Assembly: GCA_964550065.1 (NCBI GenBank)
Contig: CAZJWD010000003.1
Coordinates: 93,403-157,402 of the forward strand
DNA from: an uncultured Methanomassiliicoccales archaeon
GTDB taxonomy: Archaea; Thermoplasmatota; Thermoplasmata; Methanomassiliicoccales; Methanomethylophilaceae
DNA: 64,000 nucleotides
Direction: 5' to 3'
Part shown: piece after piece, positions 17,051-26,677 of the stretch
Layout: every line of letters begins with the position of its first letter
How positions within the stretch are numbered: the first letter of the stretch is position 1
Notes under the pieces: generated by a model
What the model was told of the DNA's origin: nothing
The model's database searches: none
Seen by the model: only the letters and a program-made list of their open reading frames with translations
Position numbers and translations under genes: made by a program

Positions 17051-18775
17051 TCATCTCCTGAAGAAAGACTTGACCAGACCCATCGCGACGCGGGGGCCGT
17101 TGGACCATATGGACCCGGCCTCCCAGTCCAGGTCCTTCTTGTTGCACACCGTGGAGTTCATCATGCGGGTGCCTTCGTCCTTGGTCTCCCACAGACGTGC
17201 CTCCCTCTCCTCGGTATCGGCTATGAGCATTATCTCATCGACCTTGTGCATCAGCTCTCTGGCGAACTCCGTCCTCTCGACCCTGTCCCTGTAAGCGTCG
17301 TCGTCCGTCCTTCCGGCCTCATGCTCGCACCTGGCGAGCTCCAGGGCCGCATCGTACGATATCTCGGCCACGTCGTCCCTCGACATCCATTTGGTCTCGT
17401 AGGACAGAACGTGCTTCCATGACGGGTTGTCCAGGAGCTTCCTGTGATCCTCCAGTGTACGGGCCCTGAGTGTGTACCCCCACTTCTCCGGCTCCTCGAA
17501 GACCCTGCTCCCGGGATCCACGAATGGCGCGAAGGGGGCGTTGTAGATGAACAGGTTGTCATCGCGATTCACCAAGCCCCACAGCTTCTTCGATGCTCTG
17601 GCACTGTTCATGGCGGACTCCCTGTCCTGGAACGGGAGACCGTTCATGTAGAAGAGGTCGAAACGGGAGCATCCGTTGCGGAAAGCGGCGGGAATGGTCT
17701 TCTCGATGGCCTCATTAGTGTATCCCTTGCCGAGTGCCAGCCTGACCGCCTCGTCATGGGAGTCCGGCGAGAACTCGATGGACCATCCACCCTCGAAGCT
17801 CCTGTCGATGTTCTTGAAGTACTCAGGACCTGCGCCGTTGAACAGCTCCACCACCACATGGTTCCTGATCCTGCGGTCCCTGCATTCCCTCAGGAACCTG
17901 TCAGCGTAATCCTGGCTCTGCTGCCTCAGATCACCCACGATGAACACGGGCGTGTCCAGGTAGGACTGGATGATGTCGATGTCCTCCGCGAGCTTCTCCG
18001 GGCTACGGAACGCAGGCTTCCTCCTGCAGACGACCTTGCCGTTGGCGTAATGGGAACCCCCGCATTCGGCGCAGTTGATGCTGCATCCCCTGACGGTGAA
18101 AACGGATGTCAGAGGGAGCGCGTCCCACCCGAACCAGGGAAGGGCGCCCTTGATGTCCATGTTCCTCATGACGCACTTGATCATGGTTCCGTAGTCGAAC
18201 ATGACGTCATCCAACGATTCCAGGGAGTACGTCAGGCCGTTGTCGTGCACCTTGCCCTCCAGGTCCTTCCAGACCAGGTTGGGCACCTCGGAGAGGTCGC
18301 CCCCCTTCTGCAGGGTCTCCATGAGCTTCACGGTGGGGACCTCGGTCGTGTCCCCTCTCATCACCAGGTCGACCTCCGGCCTGCGTATCAGTTCGTCTGC
18401 GAAGTAAGACGAGGTCAGCCCTCCGAACTCCACCTTCGCATCCGGATGGTGCTTCTTCACGATCTTGGCCAGCTCGATCGCCCCATGGGCATGGGGCATC
18501 CAATGGAGATCTATCGCGAACACGTCCGCATCCAGCTTCCTGATCCTCTCCTCGACATCGAACCTCTCGCTCTGGAGCATCTGGACGGCGATGTTGACGA
18601 TCCTCGTCCTGAATCCGGCGGCTTCGAGGTGGGACGAGATGGTCATGAACCCCACCGGGTACATCTCGAACACCGGGGACGACGGTATCACATCGCTGAC
18701 CGGACCGTAGAATATGGGCTTCTTCCTGAAGTCGTACACGCTGGGCGCGTGCATGAAGATGATGTCAGACCTCAT
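17051..18775 (-). CDS. Cobalamin-binding-domain radical SAM protein (class B rSAM), substrate unknown
   Basis: N-terminal B12-binding-like Rossmann region followed by TVRGCSINCAECGG (CX3CX2C). 574 aa. Confidence 0.8.
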   Translation of the reverse strand: MRSDIIFMHAPSVYDFRKKPIFYGPVSDVIPSSPVFEMYPVGFMTISSHLEAAGFRTRIVNIAVQMLQSERFDVEERIRKLDADVFAIDLHWMPHAHGAIELAKIVKKHHPDAKVEFGGLTSSYFADELIRRPEVDLVMRGDTTEVPTVKLMETLQKGGDLSEVPNLVWKDLEGKVHDNGLTYSLESLDDVMFDYGTMIKCVMRNMDIKGALPWFGWDALPLTSVFTVRGCSINCAECGGSHYANGKVVCRRKPAFRSPEKLAEDIDIIQSYLDTPVFIVGDLRQQSQDYADRFLRECRDRRIRNHVVVELFNGAGPEYFKNIDRSFEGGWSIEFSPDSHDEAVRLALGKGYTNEAIEKTIPAAFRNGCSRFDLFYMNGLPFQDRESAMNSARASKKLWGLVNRDDNLFIYNAPFAPFVDPGSRVFEEPEKWGYTLRARTLEDHRKLLDNPSWKHVLSYETKWMSRDDVAEISYDAALELARCEHEAGRTDDDAYRDRVERTEFARELMHKVDEIMLIADTEEREARLWETKDEGTRMMNSTVCNKKDLDWEAGSIWSNGPRVAMGLVKSFFRR

Positions 18776-18779
18776 GGGA

Positions 18780-19559
18780 TCACTTCCCGTAGCGTCTCAT
18801 GCGCTGCTGGTACGTCCTGATCGCCCTGAGGAAGTCTATGCGCCTGAACCCCGGCCAGTACACGTCGGCGAAGTACAGTTCCGAATACGCCATCTGCCAC
18901 AGCAGGAAGTTGGATATCCTGACCTCCCCGGATGTGCGGAGCACCAGGTCCGGATCCGGGAGCCCGGTTGTGGAGATGTAGTTGGACACCATGGACTCGT
19001 CGATGTCGTCGACCGAGATCTTGCCCTCCGACACGTCCGCCGCGATGCTCCGGACCGCGTTGGCGATGTCCTGCCTGCCGCTGTATGCTATGGCCATGTT
19101 GAGGCAGTTGTCGGTGTAGCCGGATGTCTTGGATTCCGCGTACTCGGCCGCCTTCACCACGTTGTCGGGCAGCAGGCCCCTGTCGCCGATGACCTTGATT
19201 GACACCTTCTTGGCATGCACGTCCGGATCCTCGGCGAAATCGTACAGGGACTGCTCCAGCAGCTCCATCAGGTAGTCGACCTCGTCCTGGTCCCTCTGGA
19301 AGTTCTCGGTGGAGAATGCGTACACGGTCAGGACGTGGATGTCCATGTCCAGGCACCAGTGCAGCACCTCCTCCAGCTTCGCCCTGCCGAGCTTGTGGCC
19401 CTCCTTGGCCTCGGCACCCAGGACCTCCTCGGCGTACCTGCGGTTGCCGTCCATGATGATGGCGATGTGATGGGGCTTCTCGCAGGACGAAACCTCCTTC
19501 TCTATCATCGACTCGTATGTCGAGTAGGCGCGGTCGGTGATGATGCGGGGGGCTTCCAT
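18780..19559 (-). CDS. uppS: cis-prenyltransferase (undecaprenyl/di-trans,poly-cis-polyprenyl diphosphate synthase)
   Basis: HIAIIMDGNRRYA, VYAFSTENFQR, RTSGEVRISNFLLWQMAYSELYF. Confidence 0.9.
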   Translation of the reverse strand: MEAPRIITDRAYSTYESMIEKEVSSCEKPHHIAIIMDGNRRYAEEVLGAEAKEGHKLGRAKLEEVLHWCLDMDIHVLTVYAFSTENFQRDQDEVDYLMELLEQSLYDFAEDPDVHAKKVSIKVIGDRGLLPDNVVKAAEYAESKTSGYTDNCLNMAIAYSGRQDIANAVRSIAADVSEGKISVDDIDESMVSNYISTTGLPDPDLVLRTSGEVRISNFLLWQMAYSELYFADVYWPGFRRIDFLRAIRTYQQRMRRYGK

Positions 19560-19563
19560 CGGA

Positions 19564-20526
19564 TCACTCGAAATCCTCTGGTATCCCGGCGGACCTCTCG
19601 CCGAGATCGAAGCATCCGATTGCAGCCACCGCTCCGATGACCCCTTTCATGCCGGTGACGCTGAGGATCTGGACCCCGTTCTCCTCCGCGGCCCTGACCG
19701 CGTCGTCCGGCGTGTACAGGACTGATTTGCAGCTCCATCCGAAGTCCCTGAGGGCATCCGGGACCTTCAGCCCCTGGAACACGGTTATGACCGCGTCCTC
19801 GGAATAGGACTCCTTCCTGACGAAGTCCACGGCGAACTCGATGAGCCTCGGGATCTCCTCCTCCCTTATGGCGAATGAGACCGCCGTCGAACAGCAGTTC
19901 GTGGTCTTGTTGGGGACCTTCGGGTTCAGCTGTATGATCTTATGCTCGATGAAATGCCCGTACGGGCACTGGGTCCCCAGCTTCATGGCGGTGACCCATG
20001 ACGCGCCCTGTTCCTTGGTGTCGGTGTCGTCTATCCCGATGATCACCCTCACCAGCTTGGGTGTGATGATGTCCACGTGGGCGCGATGCGCCCCGCCTAT
20101 CCTGAAATCGTCAGGGTACTCCGTGCGGATCACGTCGCTGCACTGGGGGATGCAGGCCCCGATACCGACGGAAGCTCCGGCGATGCCGTACCAGGTGGTG
20201 CGGACCTCGTCCCCTTCCACCTTCACGGCGGACAGCCCCTGTCCGCCCACATCGGAGGTCACCGGCCCGAAATGGAGCTCCCTCTCACCGATGATCGTGT
20301 CCATAATCAGCATGTTGGACTCCATGCGGATGCTCTCGATGGCACCCTTCGTGCGGCGCCTGTTGACGATGTCCCACTCCCCGGGACCCTTGGCCACGCA
20401 CTTCTCTATGATCTGGGCCCTGCCGTTCTCCTCGTCCACAAGGGTGTAGAACCCTCTGCAGAACAGCTCACCGTACTTCTCGCGGACCTGGTCCGGCCTG
20501 AGGATCTGGACCATCCGATCACTCAT
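19564..20526 (-). CDS. TiaS-like (DUF1743-type IGIDDTD) domain protein; possibly methanogenesis marker protein 11
   Basis: A central RVIIGIDDTDTKEQGASW motif resembles the N-terminus of tRNA(Ile2) agmatidine synthetase, but it is preceded here by about 160 unrelated residues. Assignment is tentative. Confidence 0.4.
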   Translation of the reverse strand: MSDRMVQILRPDQVREKYGELFCRGFYTLVDEENGRAQIIEKCVAKGPGEWDIVNRRRTKGAIESIRMESNMLIMDTIIGERELHFGPVTSDVGGQGLSAVKVEGDEVRTTWYGIAGASVGIGACIPQCSDVIRTEYPDDFRIGGAHRAHVDIITPKLVRVIIGIDDTDTKEQGASWVTAMKLGTQCPYGHFIEHKIIQLNPKVPNKTTNCCSTAVSFAIREEEIPRLIEFAVDFVRKESYSEDAVITVFQGLKVPDALRDFGWSCKSVLYTPDDAVRAAEENGVQILSVTGMKGVIGAVAAIGCFDLGERSAGIPEDFE

Positions 20527-21172
20527 CCCCCTCGTCCCAATCCTCGGGATCGGCGATGTCTATGGCGTCGGCGGGGACGCTCCTGCACAAGTACACGGTC
20601 TTGGCGGCCCTGCCGATGTCGGAGCCGAGCTCCATGCAGACCCCCGTGTCGATGACCAGGATCGTCGGGTCCTCGGTCCTGACGGAACCTGCCCTGACGG
20701 CGTCCCTGTAGGACTTGGAGAGATGGACCATGGCGCGGTCGGAGGGGAAGATTCCTGATTCGAGGATCAGCTCAGCCTCCTCCGGTGTGGCCGGATAGAA
20801 CAGCTCCTCGGGTATGTTCTCACAGTCGAGCCTGATGTCCAGAGGTATCGTGTGGCCGTAAGTGGCGCGGATCTTGCCCCCGGATATGACATACCTTCCC
20901 TTGGGGTCCGTCTCGACGAGAGCCTCCACGTGCCTTCCCCTGAGCCAGTTCATACGGGGGTTGCGGTCGCGGATCTTGGCTGTGACGTCGCGGAGGTCCG
21001 CGTTGCCCATGTCGTCCATCTCCAGGCCGAACTTGCCGTGCCTGAGGATTCCGGCGAGGGTCCTTCCGATCTTCTCGACCTCGTAGTCGGACATGATGAA
21101 CTTGCCCTCGTCCCCGCATATGGGGCACCTCTCGTACCTGTGGTATCCGTGCTCCTCGCACTCCCTTATCAT
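20519..21172 (-). CDS. kptA: RNA 2'-phosphotransferase (Tpt1/KptA family) with N-terminal zinc ribbon
   Basis: GRTLAGILRHGKFGLEMDDMG, GGKIRATYGHT, RAMVHLS motifs. N-terminal CEEHGYHRYERCPICG. Confidence 0.7.
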   Translation of the reverse strand: MIRECEEHGYHRYERCPICGDEGKFIMSDYEVEKIGRTLAGILRHGKFGLEMDDMGNADLRDVTAKIRDRNPRMNWLRGRHVEALVETDPKGRYVISGGKIRATYGHTIPLDIRLDCENIPEELFYPATPEEAELILESGIFPSDRAMVHLSKSYRDAVRAGSVRTEDPTILVIDTGVCMELGSDIGRAAKTVYLCRSVPADAIDIADPEDWDEGDE

Positions 21173-22050
21173 TGAATCACCTTCTCGGCCGCCCTGACGG
21201 CGTTGGCCATTAACATGCAGATGGTCATCGGCCCCACTCCTCCCGGGACCGGTGTGATGTACGACGCCTTCTCGCTGACCGCGTCGAAGTCCACATCCCC
21301 AACGAGCCTGGAGCCCCTGGGATGCGTCGGGTCCTCGACCCTGTTGGTGCCCACGTCTATGACGACCGCTCCGTCCTTGACCATGTCGGCGGTGACGAAT
21401 CCCGGTTTGCCTATCGCGACCACCAGGATGTCCGCCTGCCTTGTTATGGACGGAAGGTCCCTGGTCCTGGAGTGGACCACGGTGACTGTGGAATCCGCGC
21501 CCATCCCCCTCTGCATCATGAGGGCGGCCATGGGCTTCCCGACGATGTTGCTCCTCCCGATGACGACCACGTGCTTGCCGGCGGTCTCGATGCCCGACCT
21601 GATCAGCATCTGCTGGACCCCTGCGGGGGTCGCCGGAAGGAAATCCGGTTCTCCGATGAGCATCCTGCCCACGTTGGAGGGATGGAAACAGTCGGCATCC
21701 TTCTCCGGGGATATGGCGTTGATGACGGATTCCTCGTCGATGTGCTTTGGAAGAGGCAGCTGGACCAGGAATCCGTGGATCTCCGGGTCTGCGTTCAGGT
21801 CCGCCACGACGCTCAGAAGCTCCTCCTGCGTGGTCTTCTCAGGCAGCACGATGGTCCTGGACCTCATGCCGAGGGATTCGCACATCTCCCCCTTCTTCCT
21901 GACGTAGACCTGAGACGCGGGGTCCTCCCCGACCAGGACCACAGCCAGTCCGGGGGTCACACCCTTGGACTTGAGGGCGGAGATCCTCTCTCTGAGTTCC
22001 CCGTATATCTCCTCGGAGACATCCTTGCCGAGAATGAGCTTCGCAGTCAT
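21169..22050 (-). CDS. folD: Bifunctional methylenetetrahydrofolate dehydrogenase/methenyl-THF cyclohydrolase
   Basis: PGLAVVLVGEDPASQVYVRKK, HGFLVQLPLP, VVVIGRSNIVGKP, TPVPGGVGPMT. Internal ATG at 22050 (MTAKLILGK). Confidence 0.9.
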   Translation of the reverse strand: MTAKLILGKDVSEEIYGELRERISALKSKGVTPGLAVVLVGEDPASQVYVRKKGEMCESLGMRSRTIVLPEKTTQEELLSVVADLNADPEIHGFLVQLPLPKHIDEESVINAISPEKDADCFHPSNVGRMLIGEPDFLPATPAGVQQMLIRSGIETAGKHVVVIGRSNIVGKPMAALMMQRGMGADSTVTVVHSRTRDLPSITRQADILVVAIGKPGFVTADMVKDGAVVIDVGTNRVEDPTHPRGSRLVGDVDFDAVSEKASYITPVPGGVGPMTICMLMANAVRAAEKVIQ

Positions 22051-22137
22051 TGTTGCACCGACGGCGGGATGTTGCCTGCCAGTATTATAATTATCGCGCG
22101 TGGGAACAGACATCCCGAAGCATCACAGGGTGGGGTG

Positions 22138-22908
22138 TCAGCCTATCGTCTCCGCGCGGAATCCCGAGTCCAGGATACCCACTATGACACTGCGGACGCG
22201 TTCCGCGTTGTCTTTCACCCAATCATCCGGCATCGGTCCGGAGGCACGGGTCTCAGCCATGTGCCAGGTGTGCGTGGCGAGGACGATGTGATCCAATCCG
22301 GAGGCCATGTCGATGTAGTCCTTCGGTGACCTCTTCCCCTCGTGCATCGGCCACAGGTAGGCTGCGATGACCTTCCCCTCGGGATCCCTGGATTTAGGCA
22401 CGGGATATTCCATCATGCCGTTGCGTTGGTACGGCTCCGTAGGGGCTCCAACCTCGGTGTACTCCGAGGAGTCCCTGGTTATGCCCAGACCCTTCACAAC
22501 ATCGAGGATCCCCTCGTCGACGGACATGTACGGCGCCCTGAAGCATGTCGGCCTGGATATGCTGTCAGACACCGCGAAGAATCCCTTCTCCAGAACCGAT
22601 CCGATATCCGGAACAACTCCGGTCTCCTTCCCCAGGAGGTCCTCGTGATCGTATCCGTGCAGACCTATGCAGTGTCCCACGAGGGGAGAACAGTCCGCCA
22701 CCTCTGCGGTGCGGCCCTCCACGAAGAAAGTCCCCTTTATGCCTAAATCGTCCAAGGTCTCGGACAGTATCCTCATCCCACGTTCGGAGGATGAGAATCT
22801 GGGTCCGCAACCGCTTCCGCGGTCGATGGACCCGGCCGCGACCTGTCCCGGGATTGGGAGGTTGGAATCGCGGTCGGCGTCCACCGTGAAATAGAGTTTT
22901 CCGCTCAT
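22138..22908 (-). CDS. Polysaccharide deacetylase (NodB-homology) family protein
   Basis: FTVDADRD, GTFFVEGR, GLHGYDHEDL motifs. The start forms an ATGA overlap with the upstream AMP phosphorylase stop. Confidence 0.6.
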   Translation of the reverse strand: MSGKLYFTVDADRDSNLPIPGQVAAGSIDRGSGCGPRFSSSERGMRILSETLDDLGIKGTFFVEGRTAEVADCSPLVGHCIGLHGYDHEDLLGKETGVVPDIGSVLEKGFFAVSDSISRPTCFRAPYMSVDEGILDVVKGLGITRDSSEYTEVGAPTEPYQRNGMMEYPVPKSRDPEGKVIAAYLWPMHEGKRSPKDYIDMASGLDHIVLATHTWHMAETRASGPMPDDWVKDNAERVRSVIVGILDSGFRAETIG

Positions 22909-24419
22909 TTCCCGAGCGTCAGCGAGGACACCCTCTTCAGGAGCATACCCTCGATCTCCATCGGAGGGTATTTGATGGCCGTCTCCCTGGCGCGCCTGAG
23001 CTTGGCCTCGTTGTCGGCGTAGATCGTGAACAGCTTCTCACCGGCCTCCACCCTCTGGCCCTTCTTCAAGTGGATCATCATCCCCGCACCCTTGTCGTTG
23101 GGCGCTCCGGCGGCCTTGGCGATGGCCACGATATCCTTGTTGTGGATTGCGTGGATGTATCCGGATTTGGTGGCCACGATGTCCTCGGAGAACCTTCCGG
23201 GCTCCAGGTCGGAGGATCTCAGGTCGGGGTTGCCTCCCTGCGCCGCCACGATCTCCTTGAACTTGGCGTACGCCTCCCCGGACTCCAGGATCTCCCTGGC
23301 CTTCTCGGACCCGTTGGGGATGCCTGCCATCTCCAGGATGATGCCCGCACAGTCGCATGCCTTCTCCACCACGCTGGCGGGATGCTTGGAACCCTCCAGG
23401 ATGCTGATGCACTCCCTGGCCTCCAGCTTGGGCCCGACGGCGTTTCCGACGGGCTGGTCGGCGTAAGTTATGGCGCACTCCACGTGCATTCCCAGCTTCT
23501 CACCCAGGTCCATCAGGTCCCTGGCGTAGGCCCTGGCCACCTCGATTGTGGGGACCTTGGTTCCCGCTCCGGTAGGGATGTCCACCAGCAGGTGGGTGGC
23601 GCTGATGGCCAGCTTCTTGCTCATGATGGATGCCAGCATCTGCGCCCTGGGGTTGATGCCCAGGGGATGCTCTATCTTGATGACCATGTCGTCCACGGGG
23701 GCCAAGTTCATGGACCCGCCCCAAGCGAACACACCGCCCACGTCCTCGGCGATGCGCTTCAGCCTGTCCGCGGACAGCTCCACGTCGCAGAAGGTCTCCA
23801 CGAAGTCGGAGGTCCCGCAAGCGCTGCTGATAGCGCGGGAGGACGTCTTGGGGATCATTATCCCGGCTGCGGCGGCGATGGACACCACGATGGGGGTGAT
23901 CTTGTTGCCGGGAACCCCTCCGAGGCTGTGGAAGTCGAACACGGGCTGCCTCTCGAACTGGATGATGTCGCCGGTCTCGGCCATGCTCTTGGTGAACGCG
24001 GCGATCTCGTCGATGTCCATCCCGTTGATGTAGAGGGCGGTGAGCCAGGCGGATATCTCGATCTTGGAGAGCTTGTTATGGAGGATGTCCTCCACGATGG
24101 CCACGATCTCCTCCCTGGACAGCTTCTCGCCGTCCATCTTCCTGCGGATAGACCTGACGGAATCGGGTTTCTGGCAGTAGGCGACGTTTACCTCCTCGCC
24201 CTCGCGGACGCCGCATGCGTCCATCATGGGCTGGGGCATCATTATGACCCCGCGCTCCACCAGGGTGTCGGAGCGGCTGACCAGCGCCACGGATGTCTTG
24301 ATTCCGGACACGGTCACGCGGTCGTTCTCCTTGACTCCGATCTCAAGGCAGTCATCGTCGTGGAGGAGCACGGTTGGCTCCGATGCGTCGATGTCGTAGT
24401 TGCTCGCCTTCAGCTTCAT
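22905..24419 (-). CDS. deoA: AMP phosphorylase (thymidine-phosphorylase family)
   Basis: N-terminal extra domain MKLKASNYDIDASEP..., then HSLGGVPGNKITPIV, SSRAISSACGTSD. Internal ATG at 24419 forms an ATGA overlap with the rbcL stop. Confidence 0.85.
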   Translation of the reverse strand: MKLKASNYDIDASEPTVLLHDDDCLEIGVKENDRVTVSGIKTSVALVSRSDTLVERGVIMMPQPMMDACGVREGEEVNVAYCQKPDSVRSIRRKMDGEKLSREEIVAIVEDILHNKLSKIEISAWLTALYINGMDIDEIAAFTKSMAETGDIIQFERQPVFDFHSLGGVPGNKITPIVVSIAAAAGIMIPKTSSRAISSACGTSDFVETFCDVELSADRLKRIAEDVGGVFAWGGSMNLAPVDDMVIKIEHPLGINPRAQMLASIMSKKLAISATHLLVDIPTGAGTKVPTIEVARAYARDLMDLGEKLGMHVECAITYADQPVGNAVGPKLEARECISILEGSKHPASVVEKACDCAGIILEMAGIPNGSEKAREILESGEAYAKFKEIVAAQGGNPDLRSSDLEPGRFSEDIVATKSGYIHAIHNKDIVAIAKAAGAPNDKGAGMMIHLKKGQRVEAGEKLFTIYADNEAKLRRARETAIKYPPMEIEGMLLKRVSSLTLGK

Positions 24420-25651
24420 ACGGATCCCCACTTGGCTATGGCGGCAGCGAGCTGCGGATGGTCCTTGGCGTACTCCTCCGCAGGTATTCCCAGGAATGCC
24501 GCATCGACCGCCTGGCTCATCGCCATGGCTCCTCCGCGGACGCCCTCTGGATGTCCTGCGACTCCGCCTCCGGCCTGCACCTGCACATCGGTTCCGGAGC
24601 GCCTGATTATCTCGCCCACCAGTCCGGGGTGGACCCCGCCGGAGCACACTGGCATGACCGTCTTGTAGGGAACATCATCGCCCAGGCAGGCCTGCAGGTT
24701 GTCCGTCTCCGACTTCCCTCCGGCCATCTTCCCGACTCCCAGTGTTCCGATGTGGAGGGCATCCCCTCCCACCATCCTGACCAGCTTGGTCAACGGGAGC
24801 ATGGCGACTCCGTGGTGCGGGTCCTTGGTGAACGCTCCGTGCATGGTCCTGTGCACATGGATGGGGACCTTGATCGACGGGTCCTCGGCCAGAGCCTGGA
24901 CTGCTCCGAATCCGCAGGTGATGACGTCGACCATCAGCTCCCTGGCACCCCATGACTGGACCTTCTCGGCCAGCTCCAGGATCTTGTCTCCGCGGGTGCT
25001 GACGTTGATGGCATGCATCATCCTGTGGCCCTCTGACTCCAGACGGTCCAGCGCCTCGGCGACCTTCACCGTCCTGTCCTCGATGGGACAGAACCTCTGA
25101 TCCACCAGGGTCTCGTCGTCCTTTGAGTTGGTAAGTCCTCCGGTTCCGGATTCGTAGACGTACTCGGCCGTCTTCTCCGGGGAGAGTCCGATCTTGGGCT
25201 TCACTATGGTTCCGACAAGGGGCTTCTCCGGGCGTCCCAGAGCATCCCTGATGCCCTTGGCCCCGAACTTGGGTCCCTTGAACTGCTCAAGGATGGATTT
25301 CGGGAAGGTCACGTCCTCCAGCCTGACCCCTTTCAGGGCCCCCAGGCCGAACAGGTTCCCGGAGATCACGCTGAGGATCTGCGGGACGGAACCCACCTCG
25401 ATGCTGAAGTCCTCCGCAGGGAACTCGGCGGTGACGATGTCCCCCTCGATGGATGTTATCCTGGCTCCCAGGCTGTCGAATATACTGCGGTCCAGAGTCG
25501 CGATGCCGGTCCAGGTTCCTGTGGACTGCTCGGCGGCTATGGCCTCCGCGGCCTTCTCCATCGGAAGGTCGGTGGAGACCCTGTACTTGCATACCACATA
25601 GTTGTCGGGGTCGCTGGGCTCCCCCAGATGCAGATAAGAGAAGTTTTCCAT
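24416..25651 (-). CDS. rbcL: Type III ribulose-1,5-bisphosphate carboxylase/oxygenase large subunit
   Basis: GTIVKPKIGLSPEKTAEYVYESGTGGLTNSKDDETL (carbamylated-Lys region), HVHRTMHGA, GGVHPG. Confidence 0.9.
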   Translation of the reverse strand: MENFSYLHLGEPSDPDNYVVCKYRVSTDLPMEKAAEAIAAEQSTGTWTGIATLDRSIFDSLGARITSIEGDIVTAEFPAEDFSIEVGSVPQILSVISGNLFGLGALKGVRLEDVTFPKSILEQFKGPKFGAKGIRDALGRPEKPLVGTIVKPKIGLSPEKTAEYVYESGTGGLTNSKDDETLVDQRFCPIEDRTVKVAEALDRLESEGHRMMHAINVSTRGDKILELAEKVQSWGARELMVDVITCGFGAVQALAEDPSIKVPIHVHRTMHGAFTKDPHHGVAMLPLTKLVRMVGGDALHIGTLGVGKMAGGKSETDNLQACLGDDVPYKTVMPVCSGGVHPGLVGEIIRRSGTDVQVQAGGGVAGHPEGVRGGAMAMSQAVDAAFLGIPAEEYAKDHPQLAAAIAKWGSV

Positions 25652-25654
25652 GAT

Positions 25655-26677
25655 TCATGCCTCCTTTTCGAAAATGGCGTCCCCAAGCTGGCGGACCATG
25701 ACATCGTACACCGATCCTGGGGAAATCATCCCCAGTTCGGTGATTATCGCGTCGATGTACTGGGCCGGCGTGCTGTCGAACACCGGGTTGAACACTTTCA
25801 CCGAGGACGGGATCTCCCCTGGCCTCACGACCTCGGACGTCTCCCTCTCCTCGATCTTCACCATGTCGCCGAACAGCGTCATGGGCGAGAACTTGTAGGT
25901 CTCCCCGCACACGTAGAACTGCGCGCGGGCCTCGTGGGCCGCCAGTGCCAGCTGGGACGTGCCCACCTTGTTGATCAGGGCTCCGTGGGATGTGATGGTG
26001 TCTGCTCCGACGAACACCTTGTCCACGTCCTTCATGACGTAGCGCACGGCGCTGTCGATTATCAGGGTCACGTCCACGCCGGCCTCGGCCAGTTCGGTGA
26101 CCGTGATTATCCCCTGCCTCCACGGACGGGACTCTGTGGCGAACACCTTGAACTCCTTACCCTGGCGGTGGGCCTCCTTGATGACTCCCACAGCAGCGCT
26201 GCTGTTGCAATGGGTCATGACGATGTCGCCGTCCTCTATCCTCTTAGCTCCGATCTCGGCGATGGTCTCCACCGCCTTGGCGGAACGTTCCGAGAACACC
26301 TTGGAATTTGTGATGACCAGATCCCTGGCCTCCTCCAGAGTCGATGCGTTCTCCAGCCCCCTAACGGATGCGTGGAGCGCGTTCCACAGCGACACCGCCG
26401 TGGGCCTTGATTCCAGGATCATCTTGGATGCAACGGAGATGTCCCGCCTAAAATCCTCCAAACCCGATCCGGAGTAACCGTCTGCGAATGCCCCCAGAGC
26501 ATCCGCCCCGGCACGGGCTATCCTTCCCGCGCCGCGGACCTTCATGTCGCGGATGTCCTGAACCGTTTGTGATATGATATCCTGCACGTGAGGCGGATTG
26601 ACGACATTGCTAATAAGGAGGGCGGAAGGATGCTTCCGAAAAACCGAAGCATCACTGCACAGGATCGTCCTCGGCAT
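25655..26677 (-). CDS. Ribose-1,5-bisphosphate isomerase (eIF2B-like family)
   Basis: MKVRGAGRIARAGADALG, THCNSSA, VGADTITSHGALINKVGTSQLAL. The start may be an alternative codon downstream of 26677, because the long form overlaps the RNase III gene by 26 nt. Confidence 0.85.
   Translation of the reverse strand: MPRTILCSDASVFRKHPSALLISNVVNPPHVQDIISQTVQDIRDMKVRGAGRIARAGADALGAFADGYSGSGLEDFRRDISVASKMILESRPTAVSLWNALHASVRGLENASTLEEARDLVITNSKVFSERSAKAVETIAEIGAKRIEDGDIVMTHCNSSAAVGVIKEAHRQGKEFKVFATESRPWRQGIITVTELAEAGVDVTLIIDSAVRYVMKDVDKVFVGADTITSHGALINKVGTSQLALAAHEARAQFYVCGETYKFSPMTLFGDMVKIEERETSEVVRPGEIPSSVKVFNPVFDSTPAQYIDAIITELGMISPGSVYDVMVRQLGDAIFEKEA

Noticed and set aside
24420-24647. Arg/Gly-rich N-terminal extensions of several ORFs (22905..24647, 48327..49532, 49070..50263, 15770..16393, 14743..15312, 21169..22113)
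   Set aside because: The extensions overlap the 3' ends of the upstream genes in another frame and have Arg/Gly/Pro-biased composition. Internal ATGs give canonical N-termini and ATGA-type coupling.
23070-24668. 532-aa + strand ORF
   Set aside because: It is antisense to the AMP phosphorylase and the rbcL 3' end. The composition is biased (Gly/His/Asp/Leu) and no motifs were found.
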